Of a stretch of DNA of 64,000 nucleotides, positions 1 through 10,114 are shown one piece after another. A model generated the notes under the pieces. It did no database searches. It was given only the letters and a program-made list of their open reading frames with translations, and had not been told where the DNA came from. Position numbers and translations under genes: made by a program. Source of the stretch: Pseudomonadota bacterium (lineage in GTDB: Bacteria > Pseudomonadota > Alphaproteobacteria > Rhizobiales > Hyphomicrobiaceae); contig JAFECH010000345.1 of assembly GCA_018242255.1 (NCBI GenBank), forward strand, positions 45,799-109,798, read 5' to 3'. How positions within the stretch are numbered: position 1 is the stretch's first letter; each line of letters begins with the position of its first letter.

Positions 1-6
1 GCCTGG

Positions 7-417
7 TCACTTGATGAAAAATTCATTTTCAAGCGGAAGCGATGTCTTCCAGAACGATTGCTTGTCGGAGTTGGTGAGAGACGCCCACAAAGATGTGCCG
101 GCCGGCAAGTTTTTATCCAGCTTGACGCTGAAGTCGTTGTGCGCGCCCGCGTCGAGCTTCACACTGCCGACAACATTGTCATTGGCTTTGCCGGAGCCGT
201 TTGAGCCATAAATAACGAAGTGCCCAGCAGATGGCATGAAGGCATAGGTGACGTTAATTTCGCCGTTCTTGGGCTTCTGGTTGAACACGATCACCGACGG
301 CGGCGTTTGCGACATGGTGCTAGCGCCATTTTCGACGAGGGCGTAAGCCGAAATCGGAACACCGAACAGCATGAGAGAGGCCGCGACAATTCCACTGCTG
401 ATTTTCAGACGAGACAT
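7..417 (-). CDS. Hypothetical secreted protein (small beta-rich domain)
   Basis: ORF 7..438, with likely start at the second Met (MSRLKISSGIVAASLMLFGVPISAYA), which reads as a Sec signal peptide. No family recognised with confidence. Confidence 0.6.
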   Translation of the reverse strand: MSRLKISSGIVAASLMLFGVPISAYALVENGASTMSQTPPSVIVFNQKPKNGEINVTYAFMPSAGHFVIYGSNGSGKANDNVVGSVKLDAGAHNDFSVKLDKNLPAGTSLWASLTNSDKQSFWKTSLPLENEFFIK

Positions 418-647
418 AAAGGATCTCCATTCGGTCAAATTGACTATAGCGTCCCGAAGACCTGCCCACGCCCCGTCCGAGTTGCGCGAGCGGGAATTTA
501 AGATCGCTATATTGGAGGTATGGAGTTAGTCGCAGAAAAAAAGTCAGCCGATTGGGTGTGTTCGTTCACGTTTGTTTGAGCCCGATGTGACGCTCTCTGC
601 GAGGCGCCGGCTGTTCAGTCTTAAACTGCATTTGTGATGATCGCCGG

Positions 648-1622
648 TTAGGTACCGTCGACTTTGTCGTAATAGTTCGACGTTTTGCCGCTGAGACCGG
701 AAAAGCTCCCGATCGCTTTTGCAAGGCTTGATGCGCCTTTTGCCGAAGTCTTCTCGCCGGGCTTACGTGCGAATGGCTTCAGTACGGATCCGGCTGCGAC
801 CAGCAAGAGCCCGACGAGGAATCGTCGGATAATGCTAGGCAAGCGATTCCGCGTGGCCTTGGCACGGCCATCGTGCACGACACGGAAAAAAGAATTGGAC
901 GCTGCGATCATGTAATTGCGCTGTAGATGCCGTTTCATATCGAGACGTCCCGCTGGAACGTCCTCGATGACTTTGGCCTCAGCAACGCTGACGATACGCA
1001 CGCCCTTGTTATAGGCGCGGCGAAAGAAATCGATGTCTTCTGCGCCGTGAAGAAAACGTTGATCGAATGTGAGGCTCAGGCCGTCCGCCGATACAAGGCG
1101 CGAGCGAAAGAGAACGTTGTTCGTATACGCATCGCGGCGGAATTCGCCAGTGACATTGCGTGAGTCTGCGACGGGCTTCCACCACGGAGGCGGTGTCCCC
1201 TCTGGAATTTGTACGATCGGTCCGGTCGCAACCTCCGCGTCGTATTTCAGGCAGGCGTCGTGAAGCGTGACGAGCCAATCGCTCGGAACCCGCTCGTCGT
1301 CGTCCATCATCGCGATCCAGTCGGCACCGAGCGCTATTGCTTCCGCGAGCGCACGATTGCGCGCGAACGGAATTCCAATCGTGGGTTCGACAACATAAGT
1401 GATCGGGAATGGAGAGGTCGTCCGGAAAGAGTCAACGACGCCGGCTGATCGTTCGGACCTGTCGTTTTCGACGACGACGATCGACACTCTTCCGCCGTTT
1501 GGAACAGACAGCTTCATCAATGACTGCAGTGCCGAACCAAGCATCTTCTCCCGCTTCGCGGTGCAGACGGTGACCGCGAAAAGAGGCGCGGAGCTCGGTT
1601 CGTTGCTTGTAGAGGTAGACAT
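648..1622 (-). CDS. Glycosyltransferase family 2 (GT-A fold)
   Basis: N-terminal VTVCTAKR...IVVVEND, GIPFARN, DxD-type MMDDDE motif, EDIDFFRR. Start placed at MSTSTSNEP (1622). Confidence 0.85.
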   Translation of the reverse strand: MSTSTSNEPSSAPLFAVTVCTAKREKMLGSALQSLMKLSVPNGGRVSIVVVENDRSERSAGVVDSFRTTSPFPITYVVEPTIGIPFARNRALAEAIALGADWIAMMDDDERVPSDWLVTLHDACLKYDAEVATGPIVQIPEGTPPPWWKPVADSRNVTGEFRRDAYTNNVLFRSRLVSADGLSLTFDQRFLHGAEDIDFFRRAYNKGVRIVSVAEAKVIEDVPAGRLDMKRHLQRNYMIAASNSFFRVVHDGRAKATRNRLPSIIRRFLVGLLLVAAGSVLKPFARKPGEKTSAKGASSLAKAIGSFSGLSGKTSNYYDKVDGT

Positions 1623-1960
1623 GTGTCGCGTTCTATCCGCGGATCGAAGATGAGTAGACCTGAATCGTGCAGTCAATATCATGAACGCCATTGCATAGGG
1701 CGGCAAGCTCAGCCCGGACTGAAACACGATGCGCGTCTGCATTCGGTGTGTATGCAGCGTTCAAGAGTGACAATGCATCTTTATCCGTGCGGCGGACACC
1801 AACCGGGCGGGCTCTGTGTACCAAATCATTTCCGCCCATTTTTGCTGTCATCAAACTGACATATTGGACATTGAATTGCGCATAATTTTCAAGGCATTAG
1901 CGAAGCTAAAACACTTTTGCTCTAATGCCGGCCCCGGTTCAACCGGCAGCATAGATCCTC

Positions 1961-4459
1961 ATGAAAGTGCCTTTCGTTTTCCGCTTCGGCATCGCCGCCA
2001 AAGCTGCGGTGCTCATCGTCTCCCTTGGCGCGCTATCGGCGCTGGCCAACTTCTTCGTTCTTGAAGGGGCGCAAAGCCTCGACAGAGTCAATCGCGCGGT
2101 GATTGAACGTGCTGCGCCGGCGCGCCTTGCGTTGTCAGATGCCAAGGCGGCATTGAACGGTGTCGGCTTGGCTGTCTACAAAAGTATGTCCGCATCGGAC
2201 TTGGAAGATGCGCGGATGGCCAGCCGCGAAGCCATCAATCAAATCGCCTCCGCACACCGCTGGATCTCCGCTGTCACAGATTATTTCCCGGCGCGCGCCG
2301 CGGACTGCGAACTCATCCAGAGCAAGCTTCGCTATCTTGAAGGCACCGTGCTTCCGCTGCGCGACGCGATCCTGTCCAATGACCAGAGGCGTCGTGCCGA
2401 CGAAACGCTCGATCTCCGCTTCGAAGCGGCCCTCGACGATGCGCTTGGGCAGATGAACCGGTTGACGAATCTTATCGGCGCCGAGTCGCGCGAAGTCCTT
2501 GCTCAGGCCGAGACCGAGCAGAACTCAACGCTTGCGATCATTATCGCGATTTTGGTCATCGGTACATCGTTGATCGTGATATTGGCTTTGGCACTTGTTC
2601 ACTATTCGCAGGCGCGTCCGTTGAGCCAACTCAGCGAAGCTGCGTTACGGGTCCGAGAAGGCGGCGCGATGTCCTTGGGTCTCGACGACAACGTGCTCCG
2701 TAGATCGGACGAAGTCGGCACGCTTGCGCGCTCATTCCAATCGATGCTGACGAAGCTCGCCGAGGCCCAGGAGTCGCTGGCTGTTCAATACGCTCGTGTC
2801 GATGCGGCGATCAATAATTTGCCCCAGGGTCTATGCATGTTCGACGCTGAGCAAAATCTCATTATCTGCAATCGCCGCTACGCCGAGCTTTACGGTTTAA
2901 AGCCTGAACAGACTGCTACGGGCACGCCACTTCGATCGATATTGCAGCAGCGCCGAAAAAATGGCCGTTTCTCGAAGTTTCAGGAAATGGCGTTGGTTGA
3001 TCATCTTGAGTCGGCCACCGGCGGGGATCCCATCTATCGCATCGAAGAACTGACCGATGGCCAAGTCATCGCTATTTCCCACCAGCCGATGCGCGACGGC
3101 GGCTCCATCGCAATTCATGAAGACATCACCGAGCGGCGCAAGATGGACGCCAAAATCGCCCACATGGCGCATCACGATGCTTTGACCGACCTTCCCAACA
3201 GAGTGCGGTTCCACGAGGCCATGGAAATGGCGCTTAAGGGTGCGGAGGTCGGACGCACCGTCTCGATCCTTTGTCTCGACCTCGACAACTTCAAAACGGT
3301 CAACGACACGCTTGGGCATCCGGTGGGAGATGCCTTGCTCCAAGCTGTGTCGGATCGGCTGCGCGCTTGTGTCCGCAAACATGATATCATCGCGCGCCTT
3401 GGCGGGGATGAGTTCGCGATCGTCCAGATCGATGCCGATCAGCCTCTCGGTGTCACGATCCTCGCGCAGCGCATTATCGCCGAATTGAGTGCGCCGTTCG
3501 AAATATTGGGCCACCAAGTCGCTGTGGGCGTTAGCATCGGCATCGCGATGGCGCCGACGGATGGCAAATCCGTCGATCAGTTGATGAAGAACGCAGACAT
3601 GGCTCTGTACCGCGCCAAAGAGGCGGGCCGCGGCATATATCATTTCTTCGAGCCCGGCATGGATGCCAAGCTTCAGGAACGCCGCACGCTCGAAATCGAT
3701 CTGCGCAAGGCGATCGACGGTAACGAGTTCGAGCTGTATTACCAGCCTCTGATCTCTCTCGATACGAACGAGATCGCAGGTTTCGAAGCGCTCGTGCGCT
3801 GGCAACACCCGACGCGCGGAATCGTTTCTCCCATGGAATTCATTCCGCTTGCGGAAGAGATAGGTCTGATCGGCGCTATCGGCAATTGGGTGCTGGGCCG
3901 CGCCTGCGCCGACGCAATGAAATGGCCAGCGGATGTCAAGGTCGCCGTCAACCTTTCGCCGCTGCAGTTCAAGAACAATGCCCTCGTTCTTCAGGTTATC
4001 GGCGCGCTGGCGAAATCGGGGCTGCCTGGGCATCGCCTCGAACTCGAAATCACCGAGACGGTTCTGTTGCGAGATACGGACGCAACAGTCGCGATGCTGA
4101 ACGAGCTGCGATCACTCGGTGTCCGCATTTCGATGGACGATTTCGGCACCGGCTATTCGAGCCTTGGTTATCTGCGGAAGTTCCCGTTCGACAAGATCAA
4201 GATTGACCGCTCATTCATTCAGGATCTCGAGGCCAACCCGGATTCCATCGCCATCGTGCGAGCGGTCGCAAGCATTGGCAGCGCGCTGGGCATGGCGACG
4301 ACGGCTGAGGGCGTCGAAACGGAGGCGGAGCTTCTCCAGCTTCGCCGTGAAGGCTGCACCGAAGTGCAGGGCTACCTCTTCAGCGAACCGCGACCGGCGC
4401 ACGAGATTTTGGCTCTAATGGCGCACCGGATGCCGACGCTGGAGCAGGAGGCCGTTTGA
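1961..4459 (+). CDS. Membrane-bound diguanylate cyclase/phosphodiesterase (periplasmic sensor-HAMP-PAS-GGDEF-EAL)
   Basis: Two TM segments, HAMP (DEVGTLARSF), PAS-like region, HDALTDLPNR, intact GGDEF preceded by RKHD (RxxD I-site), FEALVRW, ELEITE, DDFGTGYSSL. Confidence 0.95.
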   Translation: MKVPFVFRFGIAAKAAVLIVSLGALSALANFFVLEGAQSLDRVNRAVIERAAPARLALSDAKAALNGVGLAVYKSMSASDLEDARMASREAINQIASAHRWISAVTDYFPARAADCELIQSKLRYLEGTVLPLRDAILSNDQRRRADETLDLRFEAALDDALGQMNRLTNLIGAESREVLAQAETEQNSTLAIIIAILVIGTSLIVILALALVHYSQARPLSQLSEAALRVREGGAMSLGLDDNVLRRSDEVGTLARSFQSMLTKLAEAQESLAVQYARVDAAINNLPQGLCMFDAEQNLIICNRRYAELYGLKPEQTATGTPLRSILQQRRKNGRFSKFQEMALVDHLESATGGDPIYRIEELTDGQVIAISHQPMRDGGSIAIHEDITERRKMDAKIAHMAHHDALTDLPNRVRFHEAMEMALKGAEVGRTVSILCLDLDNFKTVNDTLGHPVGDALLQAVSDRLRACVRKHDIIARLGGDEFAIVQIDADQPLGVTILAQRIIAELSAPFEILGHQVAVGVSIGIAMAPTDGKSVDQLMKNADMALYRAKEAGRGIYHFFEPGMDAKLQERRTLEIDLRKAIDGNEFELYYQPLISLDTNEIAGFEALVRWQHPTRGIVSPMEFIPLAEEIGLIGAIGNWVLGRACADAMKWPADVKVAVNLSPLQFKNNALVLQVIGALAKSGLPGHRLELEITETVLLRDTDATVAMLNELRSLGVRISMDDFGTGYSSLGYLRKFPFDKIKIDRSFIQDLEANPDSIAIVRAVASIGSALGMATTAEGVETEAELLQLRREGCTEVQGYLFSEPRPAHEILALMAHRMPTLEQEAV

Positions 4460-4533
4460 GCAGTGCGGCTGGCGAGATCCGCCGCCTTGTGGACTGCAAA
4501 AGCAGGGCTCGACAGAGAGGCTGACTTGCTATA

Positions 4534-4548
4534 GAACAAAAAGTGAAC
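4534..4548 (+). promoter_or_regulatory. Alphaproteobacterial LexA (SOS) box
   Basis: GAAC-AAAAAGT-GAAC is an exact GAAC-N7-GAAC direct repeat, 29 bp upstream of the imuA start. Confidence 0.85.
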
Positions 4549-4576
4549 AATATTCGAGGCTCTTTTTGTTTTTGCC

Positions 4577-5224
4577 ATGCAGCCGCTCTCGATTTGCGCC
4601 AGTAACGCGCCCATCATTCTTCGCGAAGTCGTTGCTGGGCCAGGCCATGCCGCTGCGGCTGTCGGCTTCGGCCTGACGCTGGTAGCTCAGACGAAGGCGG
4701 TAGCCCCACGCGACGCCATGCTGTTGTGGGTGCGCGAGGCGGCGGTCATCGCGGAAACCGGAGATGTCTATGGTCCGGGATTGGCCGGGCTTGGGCTGTC
4801 TCCCGATAGCTGCATCGTTGTGGAAGCGCGTTCTCCCGTCGACGGACTGCGCGCCGCCCTTGAAGGCGCGCGTTGCAGCGCGCTGCATGCCGTTATCCTC
4901 GAAACAGTCGCTCCGATCGACCTGACAGCCAGCCGAAGATTGAAATTGGCTGCAGAGAAGTCCGGCGTCGAAATCGTGCTCATTCGGCACGGCGGCCGCG
5001 TTGCCGCCAATGCCGCGCAAATCCGCTGGCGCGTGCAGGGTGCGCCTCAACGGAAGATGGACGGTGCGCGGCGGGAAACCTTCGAGGTGTTCGTATTGAA
5101 AAGCTCGTCGGGTCTCGAAGAGAGAAGCTGTGTCGTGGAGTGGGATCATGAGCGGCGATGTTTCGCGCAGGCGGTATCTGTGCCTATGGATGCCGTTCCT
5201 GTCGTCGGACCGTTGGCAGCGTGA
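4577..5224 (+). CDS. imuA: ImuA, RecA-like accessory protein of the mutagenesis cassette
   Basis: LREVVAGPGHAAAAVGF, LLWVRE, DLTASRRLKLAAE, AAQIRWRV; first gene before imuB and dnaE2. Confidence 0.8.
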   Translation: MQPLSICASNAPIILREVVAGPGHAAAAVGFGLTLVAQTKAVAPRDAMLLWVREAAVIAETGDVYGPGLAGLGLSPDSCIVVEARSPVDGLRAALEGARCSALHAVILETVAPIDLTASRRLKLAAEKSGVEIVLIRHGGRVAANAAQIRWRVQGAPQRKMDGARRETFEVFVLKSSSGLEERSCVVEWDHERRCFAQAVSVPMDAVPVVGPLAA

Positions 5225-6689
5225 CAACGGCAGCGGCGCGTCTCTGCCGCTGGTCTTCGTTTCCAAGGTCAAAGGCGTCTCGCAATTGGCCGCGGTTGAT
5301 TCCCGGGCTCTGGCCGTCGGCCTGCGAGCCGGAATGACCCTCGCCGACGCACGGGCGCGGATGCCTCGATTGCGGGCCGTTGAGGCCAATTCCTCTGCCG
5401 ACGCCGCTTTCGTCGCGCACCTCGCCGAGCTGGCGCTCGCCTTTACGCCATCGGTCACCTTGGATCCGCCAAATGGTCTTGCACTCGATATTACAGGATG
5501 CAGCCATCTTTTCGCCGGAGAGGCGAGACTTGCCGCGCGCCTGCAAAGGGTTTTGCACGCCGCCGGTATCTCGGTTGCGAAACTGGCCGTCGCTCCGACA
5601 CCTGACATGGCGCGGGCGCTGGCCCGCTTCTCTTCCGTCAATCCGTGCTTTGTCGATGACGATCGGCTCGTGCGCACGCTCTCCGTCGCGGCGCTCGAAT
5701 GCGCGGAAGAAGACGTAACCGCCTTGCGGCGCGCCGGGCTGAGGACGGTCGCCGAGATTGCCGACCGGCCGTCGCTGCTGTTCACCGCGCGTTTCTCATC
5801 GGCTTTCACGGCTAAGCTCGCCCGGGTGCTCGGCGAGGAAGACAGACGCATCGCACCTCGGCGCAAGCCAGCACCTTATCGAGCCGAGCAGCGCTGCGCC
5901 GAGCCGGTGGCGAGCCACGAGGTTATCGCCAACATGCTCGCCGAGCTGGCTGCATCCGTGTGTGATCAGTTGGCTGCGCGAAGCGTCGGTGGCCGCATCT
6001 TTACGGGAACGTTTTTTCGCGCTGACGGCGCCGTCCGCCGCATCCGCGTCGAGACCAGTCGCCCGACGCGCGAACCCGAGGTGATCTTGCGCCTCTATCG
6101 CCACCGCCTCGATGGGCTCGCCGACCCACTGGATCCTGGATTCGGCTTCGACCTTATTTGTTTTGAGGCGACACGAGCGGAGCCGTGGACTGAGAGCCAG
6201 GGCACGTTCAATGCGCAGGACGATCAGAAAGACAAGGTCGCTCAGCTCGTCGACCGGTTGAGCATCATGTTCGGACGCGAGCGCGTGATGCGATTGCAGC
6301 CGGTCGATAGTCATCTTCCGGAACGGGCGCAGGCTATGGTTCCGGCAGCGCTTCCCACGCCCTCGCACGAATGGGATCAGGGCACGATCCGCGGTAAAGC
6401 CGGTTTGCGTCCGCCGCTGATCTATGCACGTCCGCATCCGATCGATGTCGAAGCCGATAAGAACAATATGCCGGAAAGCGTCTGCTGGCGGCGCGTTACG
6501 CATCGCATTGCGAACGCGATCGGCCCCGAGCGCATCGCCGAAGAATGGTGGAACCGGCCGTCAGACTATGGCTCGCGCGATTACTATCGTGTCGAAAGCT
6601 CGCAAGGGCGGCGGTTCTGGATTTTCCGCACGGCCGTAACGGCAGCCGATGGGCAGCATAGATGGTTTCTGCATGGAGTGTTTCCATGA
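5148..6689 (+). CDS. imuB: ImuB, Y-family DNA polymerase-like protein
   Basis: RRYLCLWMPFL, GLRAGMTLADARA, LALDITGCSHLF, C-terminal GPERIAEEWW...RDYYRVE...FWIF...WFLHGVF. The stop overlaps the dnaE2 start (ATGA). Confidence 0.92.
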   Translation: MSGDVSRRRYLCLWMPFLSSDRWQRDNGSGASLPLVFVSKVKGVSQLAAVDSRALAVGLRAGMTLADARARMPRLRAVEANSSADAAFVAHLAELALAFTPSVTLDPPNGLALDITGCSHLFAGEARLAARLQRVLHAAGISVAKLAVAPTPDMARALARFSSVNPCFVDDDRLVRTLSVAALECAEEDVTALRRAGLRTVAEIADRPSLLFTARFSSAFTAKLARVLGEEDRRIAPRRKPAPYRAEQRCAEPVASHEVIANMLAELAASVCDQLAARSVGGRIFTGTFFRADGAVRRIRVETSRPTREPEVILRLYRHRLDGLADPLDPGFGFDLICFEATRAEPWTESQGTFNAQDDQKDKVAQLVDRLSIMFGRERVMRLQPVDSHLPERAQAMVPAALPTPSHEWDQGTIRGKAGLRPPLIYARPHPIDVEADKNNMPESVCWRRVTHRIANAIGPERIAEEWWNRPSDYGSRDYYRVESSQGRRFWIFRTAVTAADGQHRWFLHGVFP

Positions 6690-9600
6690 CACCCTATGCC
6701 GAACTCGCCACCACCACGAATTTCTCGTTTCTGCGCGGCGCATCGAACCCGGAGGATTTCGTCGCGCGCGCCATTTTCCTTGGGCACACGGGTCTAGGCA
6801 TTGCCGATCGCAATACGCTTGCCGGCGTGGTCAGAGCTTACGGTGCCCTCGAAGACTTGCGGCGGGAGGGATTGCCTGCTCCGCAAAAAGTTCGCGAAGG
6901 CTCCGGTCCTGGCGAATACGTCTGGATCAACGACGCCCGCGCCGACGACTGGGCAGACATCTCAGAAGCCGTTAAGGCCCGCGCAATAGCCTTCAAGTTG
7001 CTCGTCGGCGCACGCCTCGTCTTCATCGACGGCACGCCGGAGATCATCGCCTATCCGGAAAACCGCGCAGGCTGGGCGCGGCTCTGCCGCCTGCTCACGC
7101 TAGGCAAACGGCGGGCAAAGAAGGGCGACTGCAGTCTGCAGCGCGAGGACTTGCTGTCGGATTGCGCCGATCTGCAATTGATCGTGGTCCCCACGCCAGC
7201 GCGCGATGGCCTCGAAGCGCATGTTCAGGTTGTTTCAGAAGCGGCGCCTGGAAAAACATGGCTGGCCGCCGCCATGCATTTGCAGGGAAACGATCGGGAA
7301 GAGCTGCATCATCTGATGCGCGTCGCAGCTTCTACTTGTGTGCCGCTGATCGCCACCAACGACGTGCTGTACGACATACCGGAGCAACGGCCGGTTCAGG
7401 ATATCCTGACATGCATCCGCGAAGGCTTGCGCATCGAGACGGCGGGTAGGCGGCTCGAAGCCAACGCCGAGCGCCACCTGAAACATCCTTCGGGCATGGC
7501 GCAGCTTTTCCGAGATTGCCCCTCCGCCATCTCCGCCACACAGGATCTGCTTCAGCGCATCGAATTTTCTCTTGGGCAGCTCAAGTACGAGTATCCCGAC
7601 GAGCCCGTTCCGCCCGGCTGGATGCCGCAAGGATGGCTTGAGCATCTGACGTGGCAGAAGGCAGAAGAGCGCTATCCGGCTGGCGTTCCAGATAAAGTGA
7701 GACGTCAGGTGGCGGACGAGCTGGCGCTCATCGCGAAGCTCGAGTACGCGCCGTATTTTCTCACGGTTTACGACATCGTACGCTTCGCCAATGAACATAA
7801 GATCCTGTGTCAGGGCCGAGGTTCGGCGGCGAACTCAGCCGTTTGTTACGTGCTCGGCATCACGTCGGTCGACCCTGAGAGGAATAACCTGCTCTTCGCC
7901 CGTTTCATTTCCAGTGAGCGTCGCGAGCCGCCGGACATCGACGTCGATTTCGAGCATGAACGGCGCGAAGAGGTCATCCAGTACATCTATGAGCGCTACG
8001 GACGCGAGCGTGCGGGGCTGGTGGCGACCGTGATCCGGTATCGCCCGCGCAGCGCCATTCGAGAAGTCGGCAAAGTTCTGGGTTTGAGCGAAGACATCAC
8101 CAGCCGCATCGCAGGAACCATTTGGGGAAGCGGGGGATCGAAGCTTTCCGAAGCGCATCTCCGGCAAGCCGGCATAGATCCTCGCAATCCGGTCATCGGC
8201 CAGGCGATCGCGTTTGCGACGCGCATTCTCGGTTTTCCGCGCCATCTCTCGCAGCATGTCGGCGGCTTTGTGCTGGCGCGCGGACGGCTGGACGATATCG
8301 TCCCTATCGGCAATGCCGCGATGGACGAGCGGACTTTCATCGAATGGGATAAGGACGACATCGACGTTCTCGGCCTGATGAAAGTCGACGTTCTCGCTCT
8401 GGGCATGCTGACCTGCATCCGCAAGGCCTTCGACCTGATCCGGACGCACGAAGGCAAGAGCTTCGGCCTCGCAGATCTTCCTGTCGAACAGCAGGATGTG
8501 TACGAAATGCTTCAGAAAGGCGATTCAATCGGCGTTTTTCAGGTCGAGAGCCGGGCGCAGATCAACATGCTGCCGCGCCTGAAACCGAAAGAGTTTTACG
8601 ATCTCGTCATTCAGGTCGCGATCGTGCGGCCGGGTCCAATCCAAGGCGACATGGTGCACCCCTATCTGCGTCGCCGCAAAAATCCAGACGAGATAAGCTT
8701 TCCTTCGCCTGCGCCGCCGCACAATCCTGACGAGCTTCGCGACGTCTTGCGGCGAACGCTCGGCGTCCCGCTCTTTCAGGAGCAGGCGATGCAACTCGCC
8801 ATGGTCGCAGCGAAGTTCACCGACGCCGAAGCCAATCAGCTCCGCCGCGCGATGGCGACGTTCCGCAATGTCGGCACCATCCATAAATTCGAGGCGATGC
8901 TCGTCGAGCGTATGGTCGAGCGTGGCTATGATCGCGACTTCGCACAACGCTGCTTCGAGCAGATAAAAGGCTTCGGCGAATATGGCTTTCCCGAAAGCCA
9001 CGCGGCCGCATTCGCAAGGCTCGTCTATGTATCTGCCTTCATCAAATGCCGCTATCCGGCGGCTTTCGCGTGCGCGCTTTTGAATGCGCAGCCCATGGGA
9101 TTTTATGCCCCGGCGCAGATCGTGCGCGACGCACGAGATCACGGTGTTGAAGTCTATCCGGTCGATGTCAATGAGAGCGACTGGGACAATACGCTGTGTG
9201 CCGGCGCCGACGGTAAAACGGCACTGCGTCTGGGCTTCAGGCAAATCGACGGCTTGTCGGAGACGTGGTGCGAACGGCTGATCGATCTGCGCCGGAACGG
9301 CTACGCTGACCTCGATAACCTAGCGCGGCGCACCCGCCTGCCGCAGCGGGCGCTACGCATACTGGCCGATGCCGATTGCTTCCGCTCCGTCGGCATTCAC
9401 CGCCGCGACGCATTGTGGGCGGCGCGGCGCTTGCCCGAAGCGGACGAGCTACCCTTGTTCGCAGCCGCGCGCGAGCCGGACCTGGGTGACGAACCGGATG
9501 CGCAATTGCCGTCAATGTCGCTCAGCGAGAACATTGCCGTTGACTATCAGACCGCCCGCTTGTCGCTCAAAGGCCATCCGATGGAATGTCTACGCGACAT

Positions 9601-10033
9601 CTTCCGAAGCGAAGGCATTGCCACCTGCGCCGAGCTTGCGACTCAGCGTGACGGCAGCCGGGGGCGCGTCGCCGGAGTCGTGCTCGTGCGTCAGCGGCCG
9701 GGCAAGGGCAATGCCATTTTCATAACTTTGGAGGACGAGACGGGAATTACGAATGCGGTTCTCTGGGCGCGTACGTTCGAGAAGTTCCGCAGGGAAGTTA
9801 TGGGCGGTCGGCTGCTGCTGATCGAAGGCAAGGTGCAGCGCAGTCCCGAAAACGTTATCCATCTCATGGCGGCGCGCATCATCGATCGGACAGCGGAACT
9901 TTCTCGCCTTTCCGACGCATACGAGCCGAAGATTGAATTATCTAACGCCGACGAATTCCTGCATCCCCAGCATTCACGCGCCGGCCATCCCCGCAACGTT
10001 CGTATTCTGCCGGGCTCGCGCGACTTTCATTGA
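6686..10033 (+). CDS. dnaE2: Error-prone DNA polymerase DnaE2 (ImuC)
   Basis: YAELATTTNFSFLRGAS, QGRGSAANS, PPDIDVDFEH, RHLSQHVGGF, GYGFPESHAAAF-type motif, C-terminal OB fold (VLVRQRPG...FITLEDETG). Start at 6686 via ATGA overlap. Confidence 0.97.
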   Translation: MTPYAELATTTNFSFLRGASNPEDFVARAIFLGHTGLGIADRNTLAGVVRAYGALEDLRREGLPAPQKVREGSGPGEYVWINDARADDWADISEAVKARAIAFKLLVGARLVFIDGTPEIIAYPENRAGWARLCRLLTLGKRRAKKGDCSLQREDLLSDCADLQLIVVPTPARDGLEAHVQVVSEAAPGKTWLAAAMHLQGNDREELHHLMRVAASTCVPLIATNDVLYDIPEQRPVQDILTCIREGLRIETAGRRLEANAERHLKHPSGMAQLFRDCPSAISATQDLLQRIEFSLGQLKYEYPDEPVPPGWMPQGWLEHLTWQKAEERYPAGVPDKVRRQVADELALIAKLEYAPYFLTVYDIVRFANEHKILCQGRGSAANSAVCYVLGITSVDPERNNLLFARFISSERREPPDIDVDFEHERREEVIQYIYERYGRERAGLVATVIRYRPRSAIREVGKVLGLSEDITSRIAGTIWGSGGSKLSEAHLRQAGIDPRNPVIGQAIAFATRILGFPRHLSQHVGGFVLARGRLDDIVPIGNAAMDERTFIEWDKDDIDVLGLMKVDVLALGMLTCIRKAFDLIRTHEGKSFGLADLPVEQQDVYEMLQKGDSIGVFQVESRAQINMLPRLKPKEFYDLVIQVAIVRPGPIQGDMVHPYLRRRKNPDEISFPSPAPPHNPDELRDVLRRTLGVPLFQEQAMQLAMVAAKFTDAEANQLRRAMATFRNVGTIHKFEAMLVERMVERGYDRDFAQRCFEQIKGFGEYGFPESHAAAFARLVYVSAFIKCRYPAAFACALLNAQPMGFYAPAQIVRDARDHGVEVYPVDVNESDWDNTLCAGADGKTALRLGFRQIDGLSETWCERLIDLRRNGYADLDNLARRTRLPQRALRILADADCFRSVGIHRRDALWAARRLPEADELPLFAAAREPDLGDEPDAQLPSMSLSENIAVDYQTARLSLKGHPMECLRDIFRSEGIATCAELATQRDGSRGRVAGVVLVRQRPGKGNAIFITLEDETGITNAVLWARTFEKFRREVMGGRLLLIEGKVQRSPENVIHLMAARIIDRTAELSRLSDAYEPKIELSNADEFLHPQHSRAGHPRNVRILPGSRDFH

Positions 10034-10114
10034 TATGGCCGCGCGATTTTACAATAGCCGCTGCTCGCTGAAGCAAGAGCATATCAAGCTCATCGCTTGA
10101 TTGTCCCGGCTAGC

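Noticed and set aside
4419-4427. TGGCGCACC match to the tRNA-Arg 3' end as a possible second att site
   Set aside because: Only 9 bp, inside the EAL coding sequence; expected by chance in GC-rich DNA.
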